Positions 39,164 to 64,000 of a stretch of DNA of 64,000 nucleotides are shown one piece after another; within the stretch, counting starts at the first letter, position 1; every line of letters begins with the position of its first letter. The stretch is from Lingula anatina (lineage: Eukaryota > Animalia > Brachiopoda). The notes below the pieces were generated by a model. The model searched no databases. It had not been told where the DNA came from and saw only the letters and a list, made by a program, of their open reading frames with translations. The stretch is from the NCBI GenBank assembly GCA_051362555.1, contig CM120643.1:28028848-28092847 (forward strand). The letters run 5' to 3'. The translations under genes were made by a program, and so were the position numbers.

Positions 39164-41240
39164 TATCAACAGCACAACAACATTTGTGTCTTATTAGGTT
39201 TTTACATGTAAATGGTTATAGAGGACTGGAAAAATGGTGGTAAAGTTGAAGGCCGTTGAACTCGGTGGCATTTGTAAAGTTGATAACTGTTGACGTCAGT
39301 GACATTGCCAAATTTGAAGGTCTTTGATTTCAGTAACATAGGTGTTTTACCTCAGTGAAGTTGGAGTTGAAGGTCAGTTACCTATCTGGTGGTAGTTGAT
39401 GAAACTAACATTGTAGTAAAGTGTCGTCTTTTCAGTGGAAAATAACCACGTTCTTCTAATGCGAGGGAAACAATTTAACTGAAAGCATTTAACACTGAGG
39501 TCATGCAGTGGAAACACTATGTTGACATAATATGTTAATGTGTTAGGAGTTGGATTACTCCTAAATAAAAGTAGAATACTTAATGAGTGTAAAGAGCATA
39601 ATGTTACTTATAAGGTAGCATGTCAAGCACCCTGTAATGGAAGGGAGGATGCTGTGAAAGTGGTACATTTTATATACTAGATAGGCTCCTCTGCAGGCTA
39701 GAACTAAAATATAATTTTTATGAAATAAAAATGCAGTACACTTCAGTACAAGTGTTGTTTCTTTTCACTCATCATCTACACTTGAGTACACATGGCATAA
39801 GTGGGATGTTAAAGAGGGTCTTACAAGTTGTTATGCAGCCTTTGTGTAGGGGAATATGCAATGTTCAAGGTTTTTAATATATTTACAATGATAATGGTAA
39901 CATTTTGACACTAATTTTTACCACAGATTTATGTTGCTGTAAATATATCACCATTAATGGTAATGCAGTTGTTAAGGCATTCAAGTTTTAATTTTAATGA
40001 GGTAGCAGTGTGCAGTTTCATTTTTATGACAATTTCTATTAAATACTTGTTTTATGTCAAAATGATTATAGATTCCTTTGGATGTATCTCAGTGCTTCTT
40101 GTCGCATCATTCTTTTATGTTTTTTAAAATAGTAACAGGACACACCTTCCAACACATATGTACGGACTTGATACCTATAATTAAACCATAATTAAAGCAA
40201 AAATGTATTAAACTAGAATAATTTTATTCAAACAAATGGTCATACACTACATTTTAATAAAGCCAGGACCCTGTTTTTATATAATCATCATTATTTTTAC
40301 TATTGATAAATAAAATGAAAAAACAGATGTTTAAGGAAAATTTTGAAAGAAACATGGTAAAATGATAAAAGCTTTGAAGTGGTTTTAAAATCCGAGAACA
40401 GAGCAATAAAATTAAATGACGCTCAACGGAGGACATCAGAATATTCAGAGGACTCCTGTTATGCAAGTTAAAGAGCTGATTTCAATACATCTTTACCAAG
40501 TGGAATGTCTGAATGTTTTCAATTAGGGAAATATCCAGGATAGACAAAACACATTAAGTATAAGGCATAGACATTGACAAGACATTAATGAATGAAGTAT
40601 GTGTGAACTTTTGGAATCTCAGTTAAAAAAATAAGTCATGATTTCGCCATAAATGCCAGTGAGTCCTTGGAACTCCTTCAGTAGTGTCTTGTGTACCGAG
40701 GTGTGATATTAATCTGTTTATAATTGATGCATCATAATCTATTCTAACTGTTAATTGTATACAAAATCGTGTAGTGTGGTGGATTACAAGTACATGGTAA
40801 ATCGACCTTTTAGCTTTTTGAGCAACATTAAAAATCATTTTTTGACGTTTGTTGCACAATCCGCCATTTTTTACCCTGCCACAACATTAGTATCAATTTT
40901 AGAAAGACGAGAACAATTTTATTCAATTTCATTTAGTGTCGACAGTCAGATAAAATCAATGTTGCAAAACTTTCAATATCTGACAATCTTGGCGTGATAT
41001 AAAATCGCTTGAGAAGCATTACCCAACACGGTGTGGCCAATGAATGCATGATAGGTAGACTGGTCGATGCACCAAAACTGTCCACGCAAGTCATGGCACC
41101 TGTCGACAGCTCTTTTGGCTGTCATCCAAGTTGATGAACAATTCAAACTAAGTAGAAAGACACTGTTTTTTTTCAAGAATCCCTTCAAGGGATGCCTTCC
41201 ATATTTGGATCTCCAGAGGCAGTGATATATAATCATTTGA

Positions 41241-41725
41241 TGTCTACTTCGGCCACTTCAGCTGCTATTTTAATTTTAAAAAGTTGATTTTCAATTCCAA
41301 CTAAGTAAAAAGGAAACCGTTATTATTCCAAGAAGAATTAAAATGGATGTATTCCACATAAGGACCTCCTTAAGCAGTGATAAATAATCCACTAATGTCT
41401 ACTACGGCATCTTCAGCTATTATTTTAATTTTAAAACGTTGATTTCCAATTCAAACTAAGTAAAAGGATCCTGTTATTATTCCAAGAAGAATTAAAATAC
41501 ATATCTATCACATAAGGACCTCCTTAAGCAGTTATAAATAACCCACCGTTGTCTACTACGGCCACTCCAGCCATTTTTTTAACTTTAAAAAGTTGATTTA
41601 CAATTTAAACTAAGAAAAAGGAACCTGTTATTATTCTAAGAGGAATAAAAACGGATGTCTTCAACATAAAGACCCCCATAAGCAGTGGTAAATAGTTCAC
41701 TGTTATCCACTAGGGTCACTTCAGC
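41241..41725. repeat. ~155-bp tandem repeat, just over 3 units (satellite-like)
   Basis: TGTCTACT(A/T)CGGC..CAGC recurs at ~41241, 41396 and 41550, with GTTATTATTC(C/T)AAGA and TAAGCAGT in each unit. Confidence 0.85.
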
Positions 41726-43899
41726 AGACTTTAGACATCGTGTCGGAAGAAGTTAAATATATTTTGCGCGTTGAACAGTAAGTAAAATAAATTTATCGTA
41801 TAAAGTTGAACGTATGAGGTAAAGTAGAATGCAATTATCATGACTCCAAATCCAATTTTGATTTCAGAGTTAATTGCATCATTTTATAATGCCAATGTTT
41901 TGATAATTATAATTTACTGAAAGAACAATGTATATTTATTACGTGTAGATATTTGAGAGCAATACTTTGCCTGTGTGTACGTTTACAGAATTGTAAACTG
42001 GAAACGACCATTGATGAAGAACATTGGTTTCATTTTATATCACAAGGCAAGTCACGTGTAATAAGAAAAGTCTAAAAGCGTGGGTTTGTTTAAGCACAGC
42101 CTGGACTTTTAGAAAAACGATTACAAAGATAAAATCTAAGTTTGAAAACACATTTAAGATGAGAACTCTGTTTAAATGAAGCATTAAGGGTACTGTAAGA
42201 ATTTTGGATCATCCAGATACCGAACATGTTTTTCCTGCATCTAATTGTTCAATAATGCACCTACATTCGTGCTGATTTAAAACAATAAAAACTACTCGAT
42301 GATATTAAATATCAGCGTTCATATTTCTCGTTGCTATGTATAAGCATAAGCAGTTCAAAGCTTTTATTGTCAATTTAACGCCTTTCTATTTTGAGGTGAA
42401 ATAATAATTGGTATTGGGCGTAACTTCATCCGTAAACAAGATTTCATCACGAAAATTCGCATAGTTTACCAATGGTCTATGGGCTTCAATCCCTTGCCGA
42501 CATTTTGGTTTAAATGGTTTTGTTATAGAGTTATGAGCTCCTTATTACGGATTTACATTTAACAAAGGCATTAAATTGCATTATTAATAATAAAATCTGA
42601 ACCGAGGCCTTTAAAAAATCGCTGGCAGGGTTTTGGAGTACTAAATGGTGTCATGAAATTGGCACTTAAACGCCATTTGTGGAGGCAAAGGAAAATTTGA
42701 CACACCAAAGTTTTTATTTTTACCCCACAATTGCTATTATGACGTCACCCGTAACATGGTATTTGTATATGTTAATAAATTTAATCAAAGAACACAGAAG
42801 AGTTATCTGCTATCCAAAAGAATGTAAGTTAGTAAATAAGGAGCTTTTGGCAAAAACTTACAGTATCCTTAACCTTGAGAAGGGAAAATTATCCATGGCA
42901 TTTTTCATAAAAAGGGATCGTGCCTTATATATACATATGGCATGCAACTTGATCAAAAAGTTTTTTTATGATGTGTCAGATGTGTCTAAACATATTAGTG
43001 TCATCGCTGTGCACTTTCAGTGTAACGATAAGTGGAAAACTATTTGACCTTTTGTCTTCCAACTTACAGAACTAATGTTAAGACAAAAAAAAAGGTTGAG
43101 TTCGACAATCAGATTGATCGAACCATTTTTCCAAGTTTGTCCGTTTTTTGCTTGCTTTTAGCATATTTTTTCCACCGTTTTACAAATAAAATGAAAATAG
43201 TTTTACTTTATGTCTGCAAATTTACAGAACTGATGGATGTTCATGAAATACAGGTTGAGTTTCAAAATCAGCATGATCAGACACTTTTTCCAAGACTTTT
43301 TACAGCATATTTTATCTATCGTTATTCAAATAACTGCTTGCTTAAAAACTTGCAGGATAGATTCATAGGACAAATGTTCAGCTCAATTTCGAAAATTATC
43401 TTGATCGGTTTATTTTTGATGAAGTTATGCCCATTTTGTATATAAGTGGTTTTTCTCAGATTCAATTCTTACGTACAAGTAACAAAAATCTGCATTATAT
43501 TTTCTTTCAGGTTTCCAAATGTATCAAATGACAAGTACGGGCACTATGATCTTCGGTGGATCCCTTCTGTTAACGCTGATTGCTGTCGGTTCAGGGCAAC
43601 CAGCAAGTAAGCATGGCCAAAAGTTCAAGTTACATAAACTAAGTATATTGTAACTCGTGGAATATTTCGATGTGCCATGGGCTATCTTCATCAGTCTCGT
43701 CGCGACACAGGCGCGGTTGTGTTGATCGCCCCTTCCCACCTTATTACTAGAAGATCATAGTACATATAAAGCGGTGCGTTTCTACCTTCATCTTTGTTTA
43801 TATGTCTTCTTTTATCTCTCTGGCTCTCATTTTACTTTCTTTTTGGTAGTACCTTGCCACTTTTCCAGTCCATGATTTGTAATTTCCTTGTACTATATT

Positions 43900-44110
43900 A
43901 TCCGTTATAGCTGTGTGGATTGTTTTCTTCGGATTTGTAAGTAATTTCTTCCTTCATTTAGTCTTTCAGTCACCCCCTGTGCTCTTTAACTCTGATGTTC
44001 ACCTTTCTCTTCGACCTTCCAATATATCGATGGCCACAACTTTTATGCCACTGTTCTCTTGGTTGTGGAGTAATTTGCCCCCAAAATTGGAGCTGGTTTG
44101 TGGGTAAACT
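43900..44110 (-). mobile_element. Penelope-like GIY-YIG endonuclease remnant
   Basis: Minus ORF 43970-44221 ends SCGHRYIGRSKRKVNIRVKEH (YIG...R.KEH). Confidence 0.65.
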
Positions 44111-44155
44111 TAAAACTGCGCGTAGTGTCTCATGTACAAGCCAGTGACAAACGAA

Positions 44156-44187
<32 letters not shown>

Positions 44188-45110
44188 ACTGTTGATGCTG
44201 AAGATAGTAATAAACACACATGTAATAATAACAATACGACTACCGTGCATATTTTAATGTGTGTGTATAACTGTTTTTATCTAAATGTATTAACACTGTA
44301 TACTAATAAAGGTTTATCCAGAAATTATATATATAAATATATTACTTCTAAAAATGTGGTCCCAACTTCAATCCAAAGTGCCTTTATTTACATTTAATAG
44401 CATGTCAACTGTGAACCGTTTTAAGAAGTGTTTTGTATTCCAAATGCAATTTTCTAACATCAGAAAATACAAATACCATTTATTCAAACTATTTCCATAG
44501 TGATTTCCATAAAAGTAAAATGTCCATATCATTGTATGCCGACAGCACAAGGGCTGACAAATTCATACAAAGTTAACATGAGAACGTGGCCTTAAACGGT
44601 GCTTTTCTTTTAGCGTGCGTCTAGCTACTTACTACGCACTTCAATTATATCTTGTAGGCGGTGAAGCAAGCTTCCAACAACATTAATTCTGTTTTGTAGG
44701 ATATTGTTCCATTCTTTCTGAAGAGCTTGACTGAATTTTTTCCTATTATTAAGGAGTTGATTCTTCTCTGCACCGTGCACTCCAAATAATCCCCTGAGGG
44801 CTCAAAAGGGTTAAATCTAAGCTTCAAAAATGGTTATTCCATCCGCAGGTTCCGCAAGGTATGAATTACCAGACGAGAAATAGACAATCGAGAAAAAATG
44901 CCACCTAGAAAGGTACAGAAGGCACAGGAAAGTAATTATGTGTTTAAATGGTCAGTGAGTTGTTGTGCTGCCTCTTTGTCTATTATTTCAAGTACATCGT
45001 CTACCATGTACATTTCATCTGTATTGGTCGTCCATGCTTAACCAAAACTGGGTTTACAGCTCTGGTGATCATGCGATAGCTCTACCTTTCATATTTCCTA
45101 TAAATAGGTT

Positions 45111-45316
45111 AGCCCCCTTTACACTGGGCGGCGTCTTTTCAGCTTCCTTTGTTCGAGAAAGAAACTGGCATCGCTGTGGTCGTACGTAGCAACGACAAGC
45201 ATCTCTTTGGATGCATATTGAATGCTCAGTTGTCGGCACGTAAAGTATTATTTTTATTCTCAAACGGGTCCGTATTACGGGACGTAGTAAGGACGCCGTC
45301 AAGTGTAAAGGGGGTT
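45111..45316. mobile_element. PIF/Harbinger-type MITE (copy 1)
   Basis: TIR AGCCCCCTTTACACTGG..CGGCGTC / GACGCCGTCAAGTGTAAAGGGGGT; inverted relative to the copy at 50225. Confidence 0.75.
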
Positions 45317-45718
45317 TTAACTACTAGAAGGAGGGGGTGTCTGGACAACGCATTCTTGTGGCGAATGTTTGTTCGAACACTCTGAAGCTTTGTTCACAAC
45401 TATCTGAATTTGAAGTAGCTAATTGACAAAAGAACATCTGTGTCACTCGGCGACTGATGGCCGATAGTCCATCGAGGAAACTCAATGTAAGTAAAAATTC
45501 ACTTTGTGATAAAATGATGAATTTTTTAACACCATGTATGATGCTATTGTCATTTTAAAGAAAATACAAAAATGCATAAACCCGTTTAATTTTATCTGAT
45601 TTAAGGCGAGTAATACTTTTTATAACATATCTTTTATGTGAACATGATCATTTAAATTTCAAGCTTTCGAAATTAAAAAAAAAAACAACATCTAAATCAA
45701 CGGCAATAAAAACATTAA

Positions 45719-60393
<14,675 letters not shown>

Positions 60394-60667
60394 GTGGGTG
60401 AACAAAGTGTTTTCTACAATGAACTATTTAAGTCATGCTCCAAAATGGTATATGAATAATTGTCCAGACGCACATGAGTTTAGTACAATTTTTTGATTGG
60501 TAAGCGTTATGCGAAAAGTCAATGAAATATGAAAGATGATTAAGTCAACATGAAAGAATAGCGAAGTTTCCACACATTTTAATGCGTATATTACTCAAAA
60601 TGAACGTCAGAACTGTTCCGTTTTCTGCCGCTCATTTCGGCTAGACCCCCCCCCGCCCATCACTTAA

Positions 60668-60764
60668 GGACGCTCTCTCATATTTCAGATTTCATATTTC
60701 TGCCCTAGCGATTTTGATTAAAATTGTAAGACAAAATCTTCTTACCATATGAGTAAAAAATATG

Positions 60765-60795
<31 letters not shown>

Positions 60796-63700
60796 GGGGT
60801 AGGCCTACCCAAGCTCGTTTTCGAGAGGTGGCGTCCCGAAAAACGCTACGTTTATTACATTGCGTTATATGGGGATTTTGCCAAAATGCCCTTAATTTTG
60901 CTGAAAAATGAAAAAATAAAAAATTCTGCTAGCGATTTTAATTTTATGTGGATATGTTATAGATCTTGGTAGACCTCAAAGAAATTTACAAAAAAATATG
61001 TACCACACCATGCTTGTTTTTGAGCCAGGGCTGCTTGAACATCGATTTTTATCAAATATACATAGGAATCAATGGAAATTTCCAAGCAAATTTAAATAAA
61101 TGTGTTTTGTATCGTGGGGTTTTTTAAAACTCATACACTTATTTTGCTTCCATGAAAATTATCAGTTGGATTTCAGTATGCATTATGGAATGCCGCCATA
61201 TTGGATTTTTCATAGGCTGGACCTACAAGCACATGTATCAATCTCTTGTGACTTTTATCTTCCTATTCCTTTTTTCTTACTGTTTTATACATTTTTAACA
61301 TTGAGATAGCTGGATAGATTGTTTGCTTTGTATATTTTAATATACATTGTTTAAACAATGTATCAATTTCTTACTACTGGTACGTTACATGTAGCCATAT
61401 TTCTTGACAAACGTGCTTTGGAAACTAGGTGGCAAAAAAGTTAGAATATTCGTCTAAAGACATCTTTTGGTTATCAGTTTATTTCGATTTCATATTATAT
61501 TTACAACATGAAATCAAATAAATATATATATTAAATATACATACTTATTTAAAATTTAGGCATTAAAGACATCCTACATGCATTTTTCTTATTACATGAT
61601 TCATTTTGTTACTCTTTTTTGTGTTTAGATTAATTTTACATAGAAGACAATAAAGACCATCTAGACCTCTCTGAAATGACATGTGCAAATGCTGATATAT
61701 TAACCAGAACATCTTGATTTCCCCCCTAAACATGAAGAAATTATTTTTATAAACTAGGTATTATATAGAATTTGCTAAAGGTTGAACACAAGATTTTGTT
61801 AATTGAATGGGATGAAATAAAAAATCAAATAACAGGGATCTTCCTGGGTCAAAATCTGACTGGGCCATTTTAAAAAAATGTGTGCCGTGAATTTTTTTGT
61901 GATAATTCATTATGTTTCAATATCATTTTTCAATATCATATTTTAATTTTAATCATATTATTTTTCATAGGCTAGGCAGATTGACCAAAAGCATATTATA
62001 TCAATCTCATGTGACTTATTTTCTTATTCCTTTTTATTTTTATTTCTTTTGTTTCTTTATTTTTCTTACTCAGTACTAAAATATGCACTTTATGGTAAGA
62101 TAGCTGGATAAATTGTCTCCTTTGTATATTAACAATGTATCAATTTCTTACTATGGTAAGTTAGTCATATTTTTTTCTATATATGGAAGATGGTGACAAA
62201 AATACTCATCTACAGACATCTTTGATTATCAGTTAATTTCTGTTTCATATTATGTTTACAACATGCAATCAAATACATATCAATAGCATATAAATATTGA
62301 TATTAATTAAAAAATTAAAAAAATCATACAATTTTTTATTACTTTTATGCATTTTGTTACTCGTGGTTTTTTGTGTTTGGATTGATTTCACTGAGAAGAA
62401 AATAAAGACCATCTAGACCTTCTCTTTGAAAAGCAATTACAAATTCTGATATGTTAAAGGGATAATAACTCTTCGTATGAGACCTTTATTTCACAATAAA
62501 AACCTTGTGAATAACTCATAGAAATATAATATATTCTGTTTTACCAAGAAAACAGCAGTTATAGCTTTTATTCTGATATTTGAACTTGTCTTTAGACCAC
62601 GTGACCTCCATTGATGTCTATACTCTGTTAAAATCTCTTAAGAGATTTTAACAAAAAACCAAACTTTTTAGAAAAAAACCAGGGACTGACTTTGAATGTA
62701 AAAATGGATTCATTAACCATTGGTAAGTATGGGAAAATTGTTGTTTACTCCAGGAAAATTCATTTTTTGGCCGAAATGAAGAGTTATTATTGCTTTAACT
62801 CTGACAGCTTAATTTTTTTCCTACACATGGAGAAATTATTTTTTTACAAACAAGGTTTTCTACAGAATTTGGTAAAGGTTTCACACAGGATTTAGTCAAT
62901 TGACTGGGATAAAATAAAAAATCAGAAAAAAGGATTTTCTTCACTTTCATCATTGCAAAAATTAACTAAATTTTGTAACTCAAGACTATCTTTTAATGCA
63001 TTATGGGCTGAATAATTTCTCTGAAGTAATAAATTTACAAACTAAACTCTCTTGTTTATGATTGGCTAAATTAGGATAAAGTTGGAATAAAGTACACTTT
63101 ATCTTCTAAAATATACTGTTTATTTTCCTAGCATCAAAAAAGTATTACATGTAGGCCCTATCTGCATAAAAACCCTTGGTCCTCTGTTGTGTGTTTTATG
63201 GTTTGTCCATTTGCACACTAACAAAACCATTACAAGAATGACGTCGCAACACGCCAGGCGGGTGCACACCAGTTGCATCTTTTCTGGAGAGCTGAAAATC
63301 ATCGCACTGTCTGCAGGTCATATTGTTCAATAATATACTTAAATCACCAACAAAACGCCATGAGTCTAATTATTTTAACTTTTTGTGAAAGAAGAGAATT
63401 GTTTTCAGCATACAAATCACGGTAACTTGGCCCTGGGTGATCGGAAACCAATGCTGAAGAAGGCAATGTCTTGTTGCACACATCGTAACCATGTGACAAA
63501 TCATCACAATACACTTTGTGGTCAAAATGCAAACCATTGTGATTATTTTCCGTTAGATAAGATCATGTCACTGCTATACAAGCCTTACTAAAACGTTCTT
63601 TTCTATCCCTTCTTCACGTAATTTCTTACATTGCGGCATTTGTAAACAAAGTCGCAAGTGGGTACTTTGCGTCGTAAAAGACCAAACGTTCACAGATACG

Positions 63701-63888
63701 CAACGCATTGTTGACATATTCGTAGCGCTTCGACCAAAATAACATCAAAGATTTCATACTGATTTCTTAAAAGGGTGAATTTCGTTTTTTATTGCATGTT
63801 ATATGTTTATCATTAGCCGCTATCGCAAAAAACTACTCATGCGCGAAATCTGCGCAGATCGCAAATAAGGTAATATGAGAGAACGTCC
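60668..63888. mobile_element. 3.2-kb non-autonomous TTAA-TSD DNA transposon (Kolobok-like) inserted in a copy of the TA-MITE
   Basis: TTAA|GGACGCTCTCTCATATT...AATATGAGAGAACGTCC|TTAA; the flanks rejoin to match 55101-55190; internal direct duplication 61205-61830 vs 61960-62920. Confidence 0.8.
62458..62794. mobile_element. Shorter copy of the 25819-26436 TTAA MITE
   Basis: TTAA|AGGGATAATAACTCTTC...GAAGAGTTATTATTGCT|TTAA. Confidence 0.8.
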
Positions 63889-64000
63889 TTAATGCAAAAG
63901 TAAGTACGGGATAAAAAATTGATCACATCATTTTGTTAGGTGACCGTTTCCAATAGTGCTGGTGGGCGAACAAAGCTTTTAAGAATGAACTATTTAAGTC

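Noticed and set aside
45457-45486. ATG-containing first exon of the SRCR gene
   Set aside because: It ends in phase 0 while the first SRCR exon needs phase 1, and there is no signal peptide; the gene start is unresolved.

Overview
Animal (invertebrate, probably marine lophotrochozoan-like; the species cannot be determined from sequence) AT-rich genomic DNA with spliceosomal introns. Genes: (1) two previously unannotated tandem paralogs of a small membrane protein with a Cys-rich juxtamembrane segment and PPxY-rich tail (+, 929-4008 and 9293-10222, partial); (2) a complete ZNF236 ortholog (-, 29458-11685); (3) head-to-head with it, a complete METTL3 (+, 30107-39163) carrying a young sense-strand RTE-X-like LINE with an intact RT ORF in intron 2; (4) a multi-SRCR (DMBT1-like) gene (+, from 45726, four domains visible, probably continuing beyond the window) whose introns are expanded by deeply nested TEs. 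TEs include L2/CR1, CR1-like (with a 2A-like peptide), L1/Tx1-like, Penelope (with a hammerhead-ribozyme motif), Tc1, hAT-like, CACTA-, Harbinger- and Kolobok-like MITEs and a tRNA-SINE. The most unusual structural signal is the recurrent tandem copying of exon 3' ends plus the splice donor into the following intron at four separate ZNF236 exons. Exon coordinates were read by eye and TE family names come from motif recognition, not database searches.
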